Source: Flavobacteriales bacterium (GTDB lineage Bacteria; Bacteroidota; Bacteroidia; Flavobacteriales_F; PHOS-HE28). Taken from it: a stretch of 64,000 bases of DNA. The position numbers were made by a program, and so were the translations under genes. The DNA lies in NCBI GenBank assembly GCA_019638115.1, contig JAHBUK010000001.1:416287-480286 (forward strand), written 5' to 3'. Shown in pieces: positions 1 through 9,493 of the stretch (its first letter is position 1; the number at the start of each line of letters is the position of its first letter). The notes beneath the pieces are model-generated. The model did no database searches, was not told the origin of the DNA, and saw only the letters and a list, made by a program, of their open reading frames with translations.

Positions 1-2952
1 AGTACCTGCCGCTTCACCAGCACTTCCCCTGCCCGTGCTTTCACCAATGGCCTCACTTACACGTGGGAACCCTGCACCGCACCGAGCGCCACTGTTACCG
101 TGGGCAGCACCGATTGCGTGAACAACACCTTCAGCGCCACGGTGAACGTGACCAGCCTTGGGAACGCCGCCAATGTGAGCCTTGTAGCCAACCCGGGTGG
201 CACTGTGCTGAGCAACGTGGGCGTAGGAAGCCACACCGTGGACCTCCCCTTGGGCACCGTGGCCCTTACCCTCACGCACAACGGCAACAACAACTGCAAC
301 GTGTCGCTGGGCAACGTGGCCAACACCATGAGCTGCGTGGTGAACGGCCAGTGCTACGGATCCACTGCGCTTCCGCAGATCCCCGACAACGGTTGCGGAG
401 CGAACAACTACTATGAAGTGGGCATCCCCATCAGCGGCCTGCCGAACAACCTGAGCAATGCCCCCTTGGGTACCCTACTGGAAAGCGTGGACCTGATGGT
501 GGCGCACACCTACCGGGGCGACCTGCGCATCCACCTGGTCTCTCCCCAAGGCCAGCAGCGCGACCTTTTCCTGCGCAAGCCAAGCACAAATGCCGGTGGA
601 GACAACCTCGGCAACCCCTCCAACTGCCCTTCCGGAGCCCTGAAACTGCGCGATGGAGCAGCTGCGCTCACCACCATGAGCAGCTCCAGCAACAACGTTA
701 CCGGCACCTTCGCCCCGGAGCAGACCCTTGCCGGCTTCACGGGCAACCCGAACGGTACTTGGATCCTGCGCATCTGTGATGCTGCCGCACAGGATGTGGG
801 ACGCCTGCGCCACGTGCAACTGAATTTCGCTCAGAACGACTGCGCCGGGAACCTCGGTGGTGCGGCCCTGCCTGGCGCTACCTGCAACGATGGTGATGTG
901 TGCACCACCGGCGATGTGTACGACAACAACTGCAACTGCACCGGCACCTTGCAAGACAGCGATGGCGATGGTGTGTGCGATGCCAACGACGGATGCCCCT
1001 TTGATGCCAACAAGACCGCTCCCGGTGCGTGCGGCTGTGGCGTTGCTGATGTGCCCACCACCTGGTATGCGGATGTGGATGGCGACGGCTTTGGCGACCC
1101 CAACACCGGAATCGCTGGCTTCACCTGCATTCAGCCCAATGGCCATGTGGCCGACAACAGTGACCTGTGCCCCAACGACATCAATAAGGTAGCGCCCGGT
1201 GCATGCGGTTGCGGTACGCCCGACGTGGCCGTAACGTGGTACGCGGATACCGATGGCGACGGTTTTGGCGACCCCAACACCGGAATCTCAGGGTACACCT
1301 GCGACCAGCCCACAGGCTATGTGGCCAACAGTGGCGACCTCTGCCCCGATGATGCGAACAAGCAAGCTCCCGGCCAGTGCGGTTGCGGAACTGCCGATAT
1401 CGACACCGATGGCGATGGTATCGCTGATTGTGTGGACGCTTGCCCCAACGACCCCTTCAATGATGCGGACGGTGATGGTATCTGCGGCGACGTGGACAGC
1501 TGCCCCAACGCATTCGGCCAAGTGGGCTCTCCCTGCAACGCCGGTCCGGGCTTCATCCTGGGTACGCTGGATGCCAACTGCAACTGCGTGGGCGTTGCCT
1601 GCACGGACAATGTGACGCTGGAATTCACCACCGACGATGCGCCATCCGACCTGAGCTGGCAGCTGGTGGACGTGCTCACCAACACCACCATCTACCAAGG
1701 CCAGGGCTTCATGATGCCGCCTACTGCCGTGTTCCAATGGCAGTACTGCCTGCCCGCCGACCGTTGCTACAAGCTGCTGGTATCGGACAATGGCAATGGT
1801 ACCACCGGCAACCCCGGCTACGAACTCCGCCATACCGCCACGCAGCGTCGCATCATCGATGCCCGCGGGGGCTTCACCTTCAACGGCACCAGCCAGATCG
1901 CCAACGGATACAGCTTCTGCCTTGGCATGGGCACCGACGAACCGATGTACACCAGCACCGACAAAGCCTGGTGGCGCACCGGCGAATACCTGGTGGCACA
2001 GGAGAACCCGGCAGTTAGCGCAGCCTGGAGCGCACATGGCCCCACGGCCGATTCCGGCTACGAGTTCTGGTTCTTCGACCCGCACGGCAGCTACAACTTC
2101 CGCCGCTTCCGTGCACACAACCAGAGCGATGGTTTCGCCAATGTGGGCGCCACCCGTGCCTGCCACATGAAGGTGAACAACTGGGCGGCGGCCAACCACA
2201 TTCCCGAGCACACCCGCTTGAACGTGCGTATCCGTGGACGCGTGAGCGGCACCAACATGCCTTGGGGGCCTGCATCGGTGTTCGTGCGCAACGAAGCGCT
2301 GGCACAGAACCCGCCCACCAAACTGATGGACATCCCCGGCAACCAGTTCATCAGCTGCGGCCAATTCCGCCAGTTCGTGAGCAACCAGCGCATCCATGCA
2401 CGCCCCGTGAGCGGTGCCAACCTGTACCAATGGCGCTTCCGCATCGAGGCGGAGAACGTGGAGATCGTGCGGACCAGCACCACCTACTTCCTGAACCTGG
2501 GCTGGAGTGCCAGTGTGGCCGCTCCGCTGCAGAACAGCAAGACCTACGAGGTGGATGTGCGCGCCAGCCGCGACGGTGGAGCCACCTGGGGCGGCTATGA
2601 CAGCGATCCCTGGGGCGATGTGTGCCTGCTTACCATCGGCACCCCGCCCGCTATGGGTGGCAACCAGAACATGAGCCTGAGCGCCGATGGCGTGCTGGCC
2701 ATGTGGCCCAACCCCAACACGGGTGATCTGCTCTGGATCAGCCTCAGCGAGGTGGCACAAGACGTGGAGAGCATCGCGGTGGACATCCATGATCTGGTGG
2801 GCCAACGCATAATGACGCGCATGCTGCCTGTGCAAAGCCACAACGTGAACACTCCGCTTGAACTCCCCGGCAACTTGGCCACGGGCGTCTACACGGTGAC
2901 CATCGTTGCAGGCACTACCAGACATACCCAGCGTTTGGTGATCCAACGCTGA
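1..2952 (+). CDS. Large secreted T9SS (type A CTD) protein, 5'-truncated by window: proprotein-convertase P domain, Cys-rich/TSP3-like Ca-binding repeats
   Basis: The frame is open from base 1. P-domain-like HTYRGDL...NPNGTWILRICD; repeated DxDGDG-C and WYADxDGDGFGDP units; C-terminal MWPNPN...GVYTVTIVAG...RLVIQR typical of a T9SS CTD. Confidence 0.85.
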   Translation, partial: STCRFTSTSPARAFTNGLTYTWEPCTAPSATVTVGSTDCVNNTFSATVNVTSLGNAANVSLVANPGGTVLSNVGVGSHTVDLPLGTVALTLTHNGNNNCNVSLGNVANTMSCVVNGQCYGSTALPQIPDNGCGANNYYEVGIPISGLPNNLSNAPLGTLLESVDLMVAHTYRGDLRIHLVSPQGQQRDLFLRKPSTNAGGDNLGNPSNCPSGALKLRDGAAALTTMSSSSNNVTGTFAPEQTLAGFTGNPNGTWILRICDAAAQDVGRLRHVQLNFAQNDCAGNLGGAALPGATCNDGDVCTTGDVYDNNCNCTGTLQDSDGDGVCDANDGCPFDANKTAPGACGCGVADVPTTWYADVDGDGFGDPNTGIAGFTCIQPNGHVADNSDLCPNDINKVAPGACGCGTPDVAVTWYADTDGDGFGDPNTGISGYTCDQPTGYVANSGDLCPDDANKQAPGQCGCGTADIDTDGDGIADCVDACPNDPFNDADGDGICGDVDSCPNAFGQVGSPCNAGPGFILGTLDANCNCVGVACTDNVTLEFTTDDAPSDLSWQLVDVLTNTTIYQGQGFMMPPTAVFQWQYCLPADRCYKLLVSDNGNGTTGNPGYELRHTATQRRIIDARGGFTFNGTSQIANGYSFCLGMGTDEPMYTSTDKAWWRTGEYLVAQENPAVSAAWSAHGPTADSGYEFWFFDPHGSYNFRRFRAHNQSDGFANVGATRACHMKVNNWAAANHIPEHTRLNVRIRGRVSGTNMPWGPASVFVRNEALAQNPPTKLMDIPGNQFISCGQFRQFVSNQRIHARPVSGANLYQWRFRIEAENVEIVRTSTTYFLNLGWSASVAAPLQNSKTYEVDVRASRDGGATWGGYDSDPWGDVCLLTIGTPPAMGGNQNMSLSADGVLAMWPNPNTGDLLWISLSEVAQDVESIAVDIHDLVGQRIMTRMLPVQSHNVNTPLELPGNLATGVYTVTIVAGTTRHTQRLVIQR

Positions 2953-2970
2953 CCGAAAAAGGATCCAACA

Positions 2971-3003
2971 AGGGAACGGCGCTCCGATGGGGCGCCGTTC
3001 CCT
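2971..3003 (+). terminator. Stem-loop, likely intrinsic terminator
   Basis: AGGGAACGGCGC / GCGCCGTTCCCT perfect 12 bp stem just after the stop at 2952; weak U tract. Confidence 0.6.
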
Positions 3004-3159
3004 AATTAATGCCGCGACACAGATACTTGCTTGCATGCACGTAGCGGCTACCACAGGATCGCAGCAAAGCACTCATTCGGCCTGCGCTGGGCGGAGCGTG
3101 TTGATCGGCCACCGGATGTTCGTGAGCACACACCATCTTCGCGCTCCCATTCCTGTCGC

Positions 3160-5148
3160 ATGCGTTCCATAAGTCGGGTCATCCTATCCGGTCTCACGTT
3201 TCTTCTTGGAAGCAGTTCCCAGCTTTGGGCACAAGCGCCCCAGGACCAAGATCCCCGGCCGCTGGACACCGTGCGCGTGACCGCTACCCGGCTCGCGAGC
3301 CCGCTGCCCCGCACAGGACGAAGCCTGCAGGTGCTGGACAGTGCCGTGCTGGTGAACGCACCCCGCGTGGAGGTGAGCGAGGTGCTGCGCGCCAACACCC
3401 TGGTGGATGTGCGTCAGCGCGGCCCCTTCGATGTGCAGACCGACCTCAGCATCCGTGGCGGCACCTTCGACCAAACGCTGGTGCTGGTGGATGGCATCCC
3501 CATGACCGACCCGCAGACCGGGCACCACATGATGGACCTGCCCCTGCTGGCCGATGACCTGGAGCGCGCGGAAGTGCTGTACGGTGGTGCCTCACGCACC
3601 TTCGGCGGTGGCGCATTCAGCGGTGCGGTGAACCTCATCAGCAGGGCACCACAAGGCACCCGCGGCAGACTGATGCTGGAAGGCGGCGAGTACGGCTCCT
3701 ACCGGATGCGATTCAGCCAAAACCTGGCGAACGACAAGGGCGGGGTGCGCTTGAGCGGCTTCACCGGGAAGAGCGCGGGCTACGTGCCCAACAGCGACTT
3801 CGACATGAGCGGCGGCCAGGTGAATGGCGTGCGGCGCTGGGAGAAACTGAAACTGAGCGGCCAGCTGGGTGCCGTCCACAAGCGCTTCGGGGCGCAGAAC
3901 TTCTACAGTTCGGTCTACCCGGACCAGCAGGAGATCACCGGCACCTACCTGGGAAGCGTGGAATTGCGCAACGACGCCAGCGCCTGGGCCTGGAACGTGC
4001 GCGCCTATGGGCGGCAGCACGACGATGAGTTCCAGCTCTTCCGGGAAAGTGACGACCACTACCGCTACAGCAATGGCTTCTTCGTGCGCGGCGCCAGCGA
4101 TACCGCCCGCTTCACCCCCACGTTCTTCTACACCTTCCACAACCGGCACCGCACCCGCGTGGGTGGCGCGGAGGCCAATGTGCGCCGCAACTGGAGCGCG
4201 GGCACCACGGCACTGGGCATTCACGGCCGCTCGGAACACATCCTGAGCAATGTGCTCGGCGAACCGCTTCCCGCTCCGATCGACGCACCGGGCAGCCGCG
4301 AACAATTCACGCGGGGCGAGGACCGGCAGAACCTGGCCATCCACCTGGACCACCGGATCGAACGGGGGCGTTTCGGCGTGGATGCCGGCCTGCTGCTGAA
4401 CCTCAACAACGACTTCGTGCCCGAATGGGTGCCCGGAGTGGACCTCTTCCACCGGTGGAATACCAGGCATCACAGTTACGCCAACTACGGGCGCGCCTTC
4501 CGCCAGCCCACCTGGACCGACCTCTACTACAACCGGGGGGGCGCGCAAGGCAGCATCGACCTGCGCACCGAACATGCCGACCAGGTGGAACTCGGGCACC
4601 GGATCCTGGGCAGCAACTGGAAAGCGAGTGCCGCCCTGTGGCGCCGCATGGGCCGCGACCTGATCGATTGGGTGCGCCTGCCCGGGGAGACCACCGTACG
4701 CGCCTCGAACATCACCAACGTGGACCTCAATGGCGTGGAACTCTCCGGCAGCTACCTCACGGCGGATCGGCGCGGCGAAGGCGGTCTGCTCTTCGCCTAC
4801 CAATGGTCCGACCAGCAGGACTTCCCCTTCACCTCGCTCTACGTGCTGGACTACCTGAGCTACAACGCGCTCGTATGGTGGCAGCAGCAACTGGGCGCCG
4901 GATTCAGCGCGCGTGTGAACGCCAACTGGCGCACCCGCAACGGCACCTACGTGCGCTTCGCGGATGGCACCAAGGTGGAATACCCCGATCCCCTGCGCAT
5001 CGATCTGCGCGCCGACTGGACACGCGGACGCCTTGGCCTTTATGCCAGCGTGACCAATGTGCTGGACGCCGAACAGATGGACCGCGGCAATGTGCTCCTG
5101 CCCGGCCGCTGGTTCATGGGCGGCGCGAGCTTCACCTGGGGCAAGTAG
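3160..5148 (+). CDS. TonB-dependent receptor (BtuB-like)
   Basis: Signal peptide, TonB box LDTVRVTA, plug motif SIRGG...TLVLVDG...ERAEVLYG, C-terminal NVLD...PGRWFMGGASFTW. Start placed at ATG 3160. Confidence 0.9.
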   Translation: MRSISRVILSGLTFLLGSSSQLWAQAPQDQDPRPLDTVRVTATRLASPLPRTGRSLQVLDSAVLVNAPRVEVSEVLRANTLVDVRQRGPFDVQTDLSIRGGTFDQTLVLVDGIPMTDPQTGHHMMDLPLLADDLERAEVLYGGASRTFGGGAFSGAVNLISRAPQGTRGRLMLEGGEYGSYRMRFSQNLANDKGGVRLSGFTGKSAGYVPNSDFDMSGGQVNGVRRWEKLKLSGQLGAVHKRFGAQNFYSSVYPDQQEITGTYLGSVELRNDASAWAWNVRAYGRQHDDEFQLFRESDDHYRYSNGFFVRGASDTARFTPTFFYTFHNRHRTRVGGAEANVRRNWSAGTTALGIHGRSEHILSNVLGEPLPAPIDAPGSREQFTRGEDRQNLAIHLDHRIERGRFGVDAGLLLNLNNDFVPEWVPGVDLFHRWNTRHHSYANYGRAFRQPTWTDLYYNRGGAQGSIDLRTEHADQVELGHRILGSNWKASAALWRRMGRDLIDWVRLPGETTVRASNITNVDLNGVELSGSYLTADRRGEGGLLFAYQWSDQQDFPFTSLYVLDYLSYNALVWWQQQLGAGFSARVNANWRTRNGTYVRFADGTKVEYPDPLRIDLRADWTRGRLGLYASVTNVLDAEQMDRGNVLLPGRWFMGGASFTWGK

Positions 5149-5213
5149 CACAGCACATTGTACGAGCGGGAACCTGGATCCATGTCCGGGATCCCGGCCC
5201 CTTGCCCCCCGGC

Positions 5214-5221
5214 TATCTTCG
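5214..5221 (+). promoter_or_regulatory. Bacteroidetes-type -7 promoter element (TATCTTCG)
   Basis: Variant of TAnnTTTG about 25 nt upstream of ATG 5246; the same motif recurs before many genes in the window. Confidence 0.55.
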
Positions 5222-5245
5222 CGGCGTTCCCTTTCCCGCTTCATC

Positions 5246-6187
5246 ATGCTCAAACTCGAAGGCATCGTTAAACGCTATGGCCAACACCTGGCCCTGGACG
5301 GTGTATCCATGGAGGTGAAGGCCGGCCGCGTGTTCGGCCTGCTCGGACCCAACGGTGCGGGCAAGACCACGCTCATCCGCATCATCACGCGCATCACCGG
5401 ACCCGATGCCGGACAGGTTTACCTGGACGGCAGGCTCATGACCAACGAGGATGTGGCGCACATGGGCTACCTGCCCGAAGAGCGCGGCCTGTACAAGAAG
5501 ATGAAGGTGGGCGAACAGGCCCTGTACCTGGCCCAGCTCAAGGGCATGCCCAAGGCCGAGGCCCAGAAGCGCTTGAAGAACTGGTTCGAGCGTTGGGAGA
5601 TCGATGGCTGGTGGAACAAGAAGGTGGAGGAGCTGAGCAAGGGCATGGCCCAGAAGGTGCAGTTCATCAGCACCGTGCTGCACGCACCCAAGTTCCTCAT
5701 ACTCGATGAGCCCTTCAGCGGCTTCGACCCCATCAATGCGGAACTGATCCGCAACGAGATCCTGCGCCTGCGCGACGAAGGCACCACCGTGATGCTGAGC
5801 ACCCACAACATGGGCAGCGTGGAGGAACTGTGCGACGACATCGGCCTGATCGACAAGGCGCACTTGGTGCTGAACGGCAGCGTGGAGGAGATCCGCCAGC
5901 GCTACGCCACCAACACCTTCCGCGTGGAACTCACCGGCAATGCCGTTGCCCTTGGCAATGCGCTCTCCTTCACCGGCGAGCTGCTGGATGCACAGCAGAA
6001 GAACGGACGCACCGTGGCACGCATCCGCCTCACCAAAGGCATGAACCTGAACAAGGTGCTCACCCAGTTGCTGCCAGCCGTGGAGATCCACGCCGTGCAG
6101 GAGGAGGTGCCGCGCATGCACGAGATCTTCATCCGGGCGGTGAGCGAACAGGAGCCCGCGTTGGTGCCTGCGGACATGACCGAATGA
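5246..6187 (+). CDS. ABC-2 type transporter ATP-binding protein (YhaQ/NatA-like)
   Basis: Walker A GPNGAGKTT, signature LSKGMAQK, Walker B LILDEP, H-loop STH. Confidence 0.92.
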   Translation: MLKLEGIVKRYGQHLALDGVSMEVKAGRVFGLLGPNGAGKTTLIRIITRITGPDAGQVYLDGRLMTNEDVAHMGYLPEERGLYKKMKVGEQALYLAQLKGMPKAEAQKRLKNWFERWEIDGWWNKKVEELSKGMAQKVQFISTVLHAPKFLILDEPFSGFDPINAELIRNEILRLRDEGTTVMLSTHNMGSVEELCDDIGLIDKAHLVLNGSVEEIRQRYATNTFRVELTGNAVALGNALSFTGELLDAQQKNGRTVARIRLTKGMNLNKVLTQLLPAVEIHAVQEEVPRMHEIFIRAVSEQEPALVPADMTE

Positions 6188-6284
6188 AACCTGCGAAGGA
6201 CAACACGACCGTTCCAGCACAGCTTCCAACAGCAACCGATCAAGACCCCCTGAGCGCCCGGACAACGCCAGGCATCACGCCCCC

Positions 6285-7598
6285 ATGAACAAGATCGCCC
6301 TCATCATCAAACGGGAATTCCTCTCGCGCGTGCGGAAGCCCAGCTTCCTAATCATGACCCTGCTTGGGCCGCTTCTGATCGCCGGAGGCATCATGCTCAT
6401 CGTGTACCTGGGCATGCAGGGCAGCAGCGACCAGCACGTGCTGGTGGTGGACCCCAACGGCGTGATCGCATCCAAACTGAACAACGCGGACAAGATCAGC
6501 TTCTTCGTGGACGACGCAGCCTGGGACGACAGCACCTTCAAGGCCAGTCCGTACACCGTGATGGTGCGCTTCACCGAGGAGATCACCGACCCTACCGCCC
6601 TGATCTACTACAAGAAGCTGCCCAACCTGGGCGCCCAACGCACCATCGAGAACGAGTTGGAAAAAGCGGTGGAACTGCTCAAGCTGCGCCGGGCGGGCAT
6701 CGACGAGGAGAGCTACCGGCGCGTGCGGAAGAACCTGATCAGCAACTGGCTGGACATCGAGAAGACCGATCAGGAATCGCTGGAACAGGAGCGCGCCGGC
6801 ATCGGCTTCTTCTTCGGCTACTTCATGTTCATCTTCATCTTCCTCTACGGCATGCAGGTGATGCGCGGGGTGATGGAGGAGAAGCAGAACCGCGTGGTGG
6901 AAGTGCTGATCAGCAGTGTGCGTCCCTTCCAATTGATGATGGGCAAGATCATCGGCATCGCCATGGTGGGCTTCACGCAGTTCGTGCTCTGGATCGTGGC
7001 CACCACCCTGCTCATCGGCATCGGCTCGGCCGTGCTGCTGAAGGACCGCTACGACCCCAGCACGCTGGCCAACACACCCATGACCGCCCAGGTGCAGAAA
7101 CAACTGGGTGAGCAGGCCACGGCCGTGCCGGACGTGAACGACGTGAAACTGCTGAAAGCGATGGCCATGCTGGACATCCCGGTTATCCTGGGGCTGTTCC
7201 TCTTCTTCTTCATCGGTGGCTACCTGCTCTACAGTTCGCTGCTTGCCGCCATCGGCTCGGCCGTGGACAGCGAAGCGGACACACAGCAGTTCATGATGCC
7301 GGTGACACTGCCCATGATACTCGCCTTGGCCGTTGCCCAGATGGCGGTGTACAACCCCGAAAGCCCGGCGGTGCTTTGGTGCAGCTTCATCCCCTTCACC
7401 AGCCCGATCGTGATGATGGTGCGCGTGACCATGGGCAATGCCATGCTGTGGGAAGTGCTCCTGAGCATGGGCCTGCTCATCACCGCGTTCATGGGCACCA
7501 CCTGGCTGGCGGGTCGCATCTACCGGACGGGCATCCTTATGTACGGCAAGAAGGCGAGTTGGAAGGAGTTGGGGAAGTGGTTGTTCTATAAGGGATAG
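6285..7598 (+). CDS. ABC-2 type transporter permease (YhaP/NatB-like)
   Basis: N-terminal IIKREF...TM helix, EEKQNRVVEVLISSV...MMGKI motif, multiple C-terminal TM helices; adjacent to the ATPase. Confidence 0.9.
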   Translation: MNKIALIIKREFLSRVRKPSFLIMTLLGPLLIAGGIMLIVYLGMQGSSDQHVLVVDPNGVIASKLNNADKISFFVDDAAWDDSTFKASPYTVMVRFTEEITDPTALIYYKKLPNLGAQRTIENELEKAVELLKLRRAGIDEESYRRVRKNLISNWLDIEKTDQESLEQERAGIGFFFGYFMFIFIFLYGMQVMRGVMEEKQNRVVEVLISSVRPFQLMMGKIIGIAMVGFTQFVLWIVATTLLIGIGSAVLLKDRYDPSTLANTPMTAQVQKQLGEQATAVPDVNDVKLLKAMAMLDIPVILGLFLFFFIGGYLLYSSLLAAIGSAVDSEADTQQFMMPVTLPMILALAVAQMAVYNPESPAVLWCSFIPFTSPIVMMVRVTMGNAMLWEVLLSMGLLITAFMGTTWLAGRIYRTGILMYGKKASWKELGKWLFYKG

Positions 7599-7756
7599 TT
7601 GGGAGGTGGTTGGAGGTTGGGAGGTGGTTGGAGGTTGGGAGGTGGTTGGAGGTTGAGAGATGGTTGGAGGTTGGTTGGGAGGTGGAAGGGGGTTGGGTTA
7701 AAATGGATGTAGTTGTCAGTTGCGCACTACCGCCTGGCAACGGTCAACTGACCACT
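7598..7756. repeat. G/T-rich 18 bp tandem repeat plus small inverted repeat
   Basis: GTTGGGAGGTGGTTGGAG x3 plus degenerate copies (7598-7699), followed by GTCAGTTG...CAACTGAC. Confidence 0.85.
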
Positions 7757-7767
7757 CTGATAGCTGC

Positions 7768-8697
7768 ATGATCATGAACGGCATAATCGACCTCGGCACC
7801 AACACCTTCAAGCTACTCGTTTGCACGTGGCGTGATGGGCGTTTGCAGGTGCTGCATCGCGAGGAACTGCCTGTATACCTGGGCCGTGGCGGCATCGAGA
7901 AGGGGATCATCGCGCCGGATGCCTTCGAGCGGGGCATGGAGATCTTGCGGACGATCCGCGAACGCGCCACTTCGCTCGGGGCCTTAGCACTGCAGGGTTT
8001 TGGCACTTCGGCTTTGCGCAATGCCCGCAACGGCCACGAATTCACCCAGCGGGCCAAAGCCGAGCTGGACATCGATATCAGCATCATTCCGGGTGAGCAG
8101 GAAGCCGAGCTGATCCTGGAAGGTGTACGACAAGCCGTGTCGTTGGGGAGTCGCCCGGCACTGATCATGGACATCGGCGGCGGCAGCACGGAGTTCATCC
8201 TGGCCACGGAAAAGGCGTTGATGTGGAAACGCAGCTTCGAGCTGGGCGTCACCCGCCTACGCGAGCGCATCCCCGTGGGCGACCCCATCAGCGTGGAGGA
8301 GGAAGCACGCATCGCCGAACACCTGGACAGCCAGTTGGAGCCCTTGTATGCGGTGATCGAACGCCATGAGCCGCATTTGCTCATCGGCAGCGCGGGCAGC
8401 TTCGATACCCTGGCGGCCATGGTGCTGGCGGAGCAAGGCCTGAAGCTCGATCCATCATCCACCACCCTCCCCTTCCCGGCGCTCAGCTTCGATGCGTTGA
8501 AGGACCGGCTGCTGCGCATGACCCGTGCCGAACGCCTCTCCGTGCCCGGCCTTCCGGAGCACCGCGTGGACACCATCCCCTACGCGCTCATCCAGATCGA
8601 ACGTGTGCTGCTTGCCGGTGGCATCCGTGATCTGGCCTGGAGCCGGTATGCGCTGAAGGAAGGAGCGGCAGCGCGCTTGATGGAAGGCCCTGAGTAG
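7768..8697 (+). CDS. ppx: Ppx/GppA exopolyphosphatase family
   Basis: IIDLGTNTF, GTSALRNARN, IPGEQEA, DIGGGSTE motifs. Confidence 0.9.
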   Translation: MIMNGIIDLGTNTFKLLVCTWRDGRLQVLHREELPVYLGRGGIEKGIIAPDAFERGMEILRTIRERATSLGALALQGFGTSALRNARNGHEFTQRAKAELDIDISIIPGEQEAELILEGVRQAVSLGSRPALIMDIGGGSTEFILATEKALMWKRSFELGVTRLRERIPVGDPISVEEEARIAEHLDSQLEPLYAVIERHEPHLLIGSAGSFDTLAAMVLAEQGLKLDPSSTTLPFPALSFDALKDRLLRMTRAERLSVPGLPEHRVDTIPYALIQIERVLLAGGIRDLAWSRYALKEGAAARLMEGPE

Positions 8698-8710
8698 GGA
8701 TCGCCACTAC

Positions 8711-9493
8711 GCCCTACGGCACCTGCTCCACCCGCACCGCCGTGGGCACCGTACCGCCGATCGTTTGCAGGATCACATCACGATCATTGTCCGCACCCAC
8801 GTATTTGATGGTGCCGTCCAGGTTCACGTCCTCGGTGGCATAGGTGCCCTGCACCACGTTCACAGGGTTAGCGCCACCGATGGCCTGTAGCACAGCATCG
8901 CGATCATTGTCGGCACCGGTGTATTTCACCACGCCATCGAAGTTGGCATCGCCGGGCCAGAGCATGCGCTGGCCACCCACCTCGGTCTGCGCTTCTGCGC
9001 CATAGGTGGGCGTAAGCGGATCGGTGAAGTCCACCGTGGAGGGATCCGCCGACAATGGAATCGCTTGGGCGGTCATTACACCCAGGTGGTTGCGGTGGCG
9101 GATGGCGATGTGGTAGTTGCCGCGCGGCAGGTCGAACACCAGATCGGTAGATCCGTCCACATCCTTCACAAGACCATCGCGCCGCAACAAGGCGCTGCGC
9201 GTGCCCAACACCTGTGCGGGGTTGGTGGCAGCACGTAACTCCACCACCACCCAGTCAACAATGGCGTTGTTGTCCGGAACATCGAACACGGGCGGATCCG
9301 CACTCTCGGCACCGCCGTGCAAGCTGTGCCCGTAGCCCAATGCCGAGTAGGGCTCAACGGCGGGCAGCAGACCAAGCACACGCAGGCTATCGCTCATGTT
9401 GCCTGATGAGGTTGACGCACCGCCCAGCCGCACCCGGGGAGATACGCGCACACCTTTGGGCTGCGGACGGCTGTACACCGCCAGGTTGTGGCG
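8711..9493. repeat. ~780 bp near-identical direct repeat, copy 1 (copy 2 at 12904-13681)
   Basis: The 3' ends of genes F and E are nearly identical at DNA level. Confidence 0.9.

Noticed and set aside
1288-5265. Long antisense ORFs (e.g. 1288-3072, 3592-5265, and similar ones opposite alaS, wbpA, rfbB and gldA)
   Set aside because: Shadow ORFs expected from high-GC codon bias opposite well-supported genes; no recognisable motifs.
5057-6187. Calling this ABC ATPase gldA
   Set aside because: LSKGMAQK and the adjacent YhaP-like permease fit the YhaQ/NatA type; the GldA-like sequence is at 63308.
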